Assembly: GCA_030295235.1 (NCBI GenBank)
Contig: AP026131.1
Span: 1,116,001 to 1,180,000 of the forward strand
DNA from: Fistulifera solaris
Taxonomy: Eukaryota
DNA: 64,000 nt
Direction of reading: 5' to 3'
Part shown: positions 61,686 through 64,000 of the stretch, piece after piece
How the letters are laid out: the number at the start of each line of letters is the position of its first letter
Position numbering within the stretch: the stretch's first letter is position 1
Translations under genes and position numbers: made by a program
The notes under the pieces: generated by a model
Database searches by the model: none
Told to the model about the DNA's origin: nothing
Seen by the model: only the letters and a program-made list of their open reading frames with translations

Positions 61686-62518
61686 GCTTTGTCGATGAAG
61701 AGGGGAAAGGAAAAAGACACTGCTGTTTGTTGAGTGTTACTAATGCAAGTAAGTTGCTCGTCGTTCGCTGATGCTTTTTCAGTGCAATAAAAAAATGCTG
61801 CGACACAAACGTGACTGACTCTCGCATCCAGTCACAGAAAAAAAGTAATCTACATTTCGGTCCATAGTAAAAGACAAATCCGGATACTTTGGCGCCGTTT
61901 AGTGCTGCCACTGCTCAATTCAACATGACACATACGGCTGTAGCTATACATTGAGAAAGCCTTGCAGAAATGGAATAAATAATGGCCTTGATTGGATGCA
62001 ATGCCTACCATAAAAACGTTCTTGGTTCATGACTGAAATCCAGTCTTGGGAAATTTGCGGTTGGATGCGGATCAACAATCAATAGACCCTACCCACACTT
62101 TTTGTCCGTTACCCGTACCAAAGCCCCGTACAACTCACGTGATCCTTCGAGTGCCGGCTTGTATTTTACATGCCTGTAACAGTGGCCATGACAGTACAAT
62201 TATCTTCAACGGACAAAAAATGTGGGTAGACTGTAGACTGACTATTGAGAGCCGGATTGTAAGCGATAGAGTGATCCCGGTGGGACAGATCAGCGTCGTA
62301 GCCAAATGACCGCGATCTGATCGCGAATCGCGATGACCGATGAGATGACACGATACAGCGATGAGCATCATTACTGGTATTACCAGATACCCCTGTACTC
62401 GAAGCAGTGCACATTCGTTACAAAGCATAAGAATACATTTGCTGCGCTGCAGTTATATTGATTGAGAAGCGGCGCGAAACGGAAGAAAGGGTATAGTGAA
62501 AAAAGCCGACAAAATAAA

Positions 62519-62859
62519 ATGTCAGCGACAGAACACGCCAACGATCGTCTCTGGATGGAATATTACGAACGTTTGCTGGCCTTTCAAAACCAACAAGGTC
62601 ATTGCAACGTCCCCAATACGTATGATCCGCAATTAGCGCATTGGGTCAAGAAACAACGTCACAATGAGAATGCCGGAATATTGCGCGGCGATCGAAAGCA
62701 GTTGCTGGAAAATATCGGTTTTGCGTGGAGATAAATCAAGAACGCCACCTTTGATGAATAATGGATGGAGGCGTATCAGCAACTGGTGGCTTATAAGAAT
62801 ACGTACGGACATACGAAGGTGACGGCCATTGGAGTGAATCATCAAGATCTGAACGAAAA
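62519..62859 (+). pseudogene. Truncated helicase-associated (HA) repeat gene copy
   Basis: WMEYYERL..GHCNVP..LAHWVKKQR; two in-frame TAA where the paralog has AAA and CAA; cut off at 62859 by the next duplicate. Confidence 0.8.
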
Positions 62860-63299
62860 TTGGCGCCGTTTAGTGTTGCCACTGTTAGATTTTCATCATT
62901 TTTCTAATGATTAAATTTATGATATGAGAAAGCTTTGCCGCAAAGCAAGAGATGGCCTTCGTTGGATGCAAAACCTACCATATAAAAACGTTCCGGGATC
63001 ATGACTGAAATCCAGTCTTGGGAAAGTTGATGTTCACTATGAGCTATACTATATACCGGTAGGACAATTCAACACGTCGTAGCAAAGACCGCGCGATGAT
63101 GACTTTTGTATGATTTTTTAGTGATGAGACGAGCGACGAGCGATGAGCATCATCAATATCCAAAAGTGAATTAGACCCTGTATCGAAGCAATGCGCCTTC
63201 TTTACAAAGTATAAAAAAATATATTTGCTACGGCATTATTTAATTGAAAGCGGCGCGAAAGGAGAGAAAGGGTATAGTTTTAAAAGCCTAGAAAATAAA

Positions 63300-64000
63300 A
63301 TGTCAGCTACCGAACACGCGAACGATCGGCAATGGATGGAACGTTACGAGCGATTGCTGGCCTTTCAAAACCAACAGGGACATTGCAACGTCCCCAATAC
63401 GTATCCACCGGATCCGCAATTAGCGAAATGGGTCAAGAAACAACGTTACAATGAGATTGCTGGCAAATTGCGCGGCGATCGAAAGCAGTTGTTGGAAACG
63501 ATCGGTTTTGCGTGGAGTAAAATCAACAACGCCACCTTTGATGAGCAATGGATGGAGGCGTATCAGCAACTCGTGGCCTATAAGAAGACCTACGGACATA
63601 CGAAGGTGAAAGCCGTCGGAGTGAATCATCAAGATCAGAACGAAAAACAGTTAGCGGCCTGGGTTTACAATCAACGAGCGTTGCAACGATCGGGGGAGTT
63701 GCGCAGCGATCGAAAAGCCTTGTTGGATCAAATTGGTTTTCGATGGCGAAAGGGCACACCAACCAAACTGCCGCCCTCGGCGGCGGCTATCTTGGATCAG
63801 CGATGGATGGATCGTTACGACGACATGGTCGCCTTTCAAAAAGAAACCGGACATTGTCGCGTGCCGTTCACCTATCCGGAAAATCCGCAACTGGCCATTT
63901 GGGTTCTCAATCAACGAAAGTTTCAAAAGGCGGGTCAATTACGAAAAGATCGATACAATTTATTAGATCGAATTGGATTTGTTTGGAGGACGTCGAAAAA
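63300..64000 (+). CDS. HA-repeat protein (at least 3 repeats), runs off the window edge
   Basis: Open frame from ATG 63300; three W....Y..L...GH..VP...LA.WV..QR...L..IGF.W units. Confidence 0.88.
   Translation, partial: MSATEHANDRQWMERYERLLAFQNQQGHCNVPNTYPPDPQLAKWVKKQRYNEIAGKLRGDRKQLLETIGFAWSKINNATFDEQWMEAYQQLVAYKKTYGHTKVKAVGVNHQDQNEKQLAAWVYNQRALQRSGELRSDRKALLDQIGFRWRKGTPTKLPPSAAAILDQRWMDRYDDMVAFQKETGHCRVPFTYPENPQLAIWVLNQRKFQKAGQLRKDRYNLLDRIGFVWRTSK

Noticed and set aside
45517..62859. TAA reassigned as a sense codon
   Set aside because: TAA ends many intact genes here; internal TAAs occur only in redundant duplicates

Overview
Gene-dense nuclear DNA (short GT-AG introns, ASAF-type plastid presequences, CoDi-type retrotransposon) from a diatom, most likely a raphid pennate such as a Fistulifera-like species (inferred, not verified). 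It holds about 30 protein genes: dPGM, PRMT5, KRI1, two dienelactone-hydrolase-family genes, a class-V aminotransferase, SBDS, an HtrL-like GT, an RCC1-repeat protein, AP2 and HMG-box factors, GH5 and GH1 glucosidases, plastid SufD, a MORN protein, an HD hydrolase, APC5, a 4-copy BTB-SPRY-like array and duplicated HA-repeat genes. Many genes carry 1-nt frameshifts that look like uncorrected long-read errors. Mobile/repeat DNA: a full-length Ty1/copia element (31334-37239, TSD CGATG), two MITEs with ATAT|CCCAA ends and a 4-unit ~240-bp tandem repeat. Best lead: the copia element has no tRNA-type PBS. Its PBS is instead a perfect 14-nt complement of an LTR sequence that starts right after an initiator-like motif, which is the geometry of Tf1-type self-priming, a mechanism I know only from gypsy-type elements. 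Second lead: a GACTG-N5-CAGTC dyad shared by the BTB-SPRY and HA-repeat promoters.
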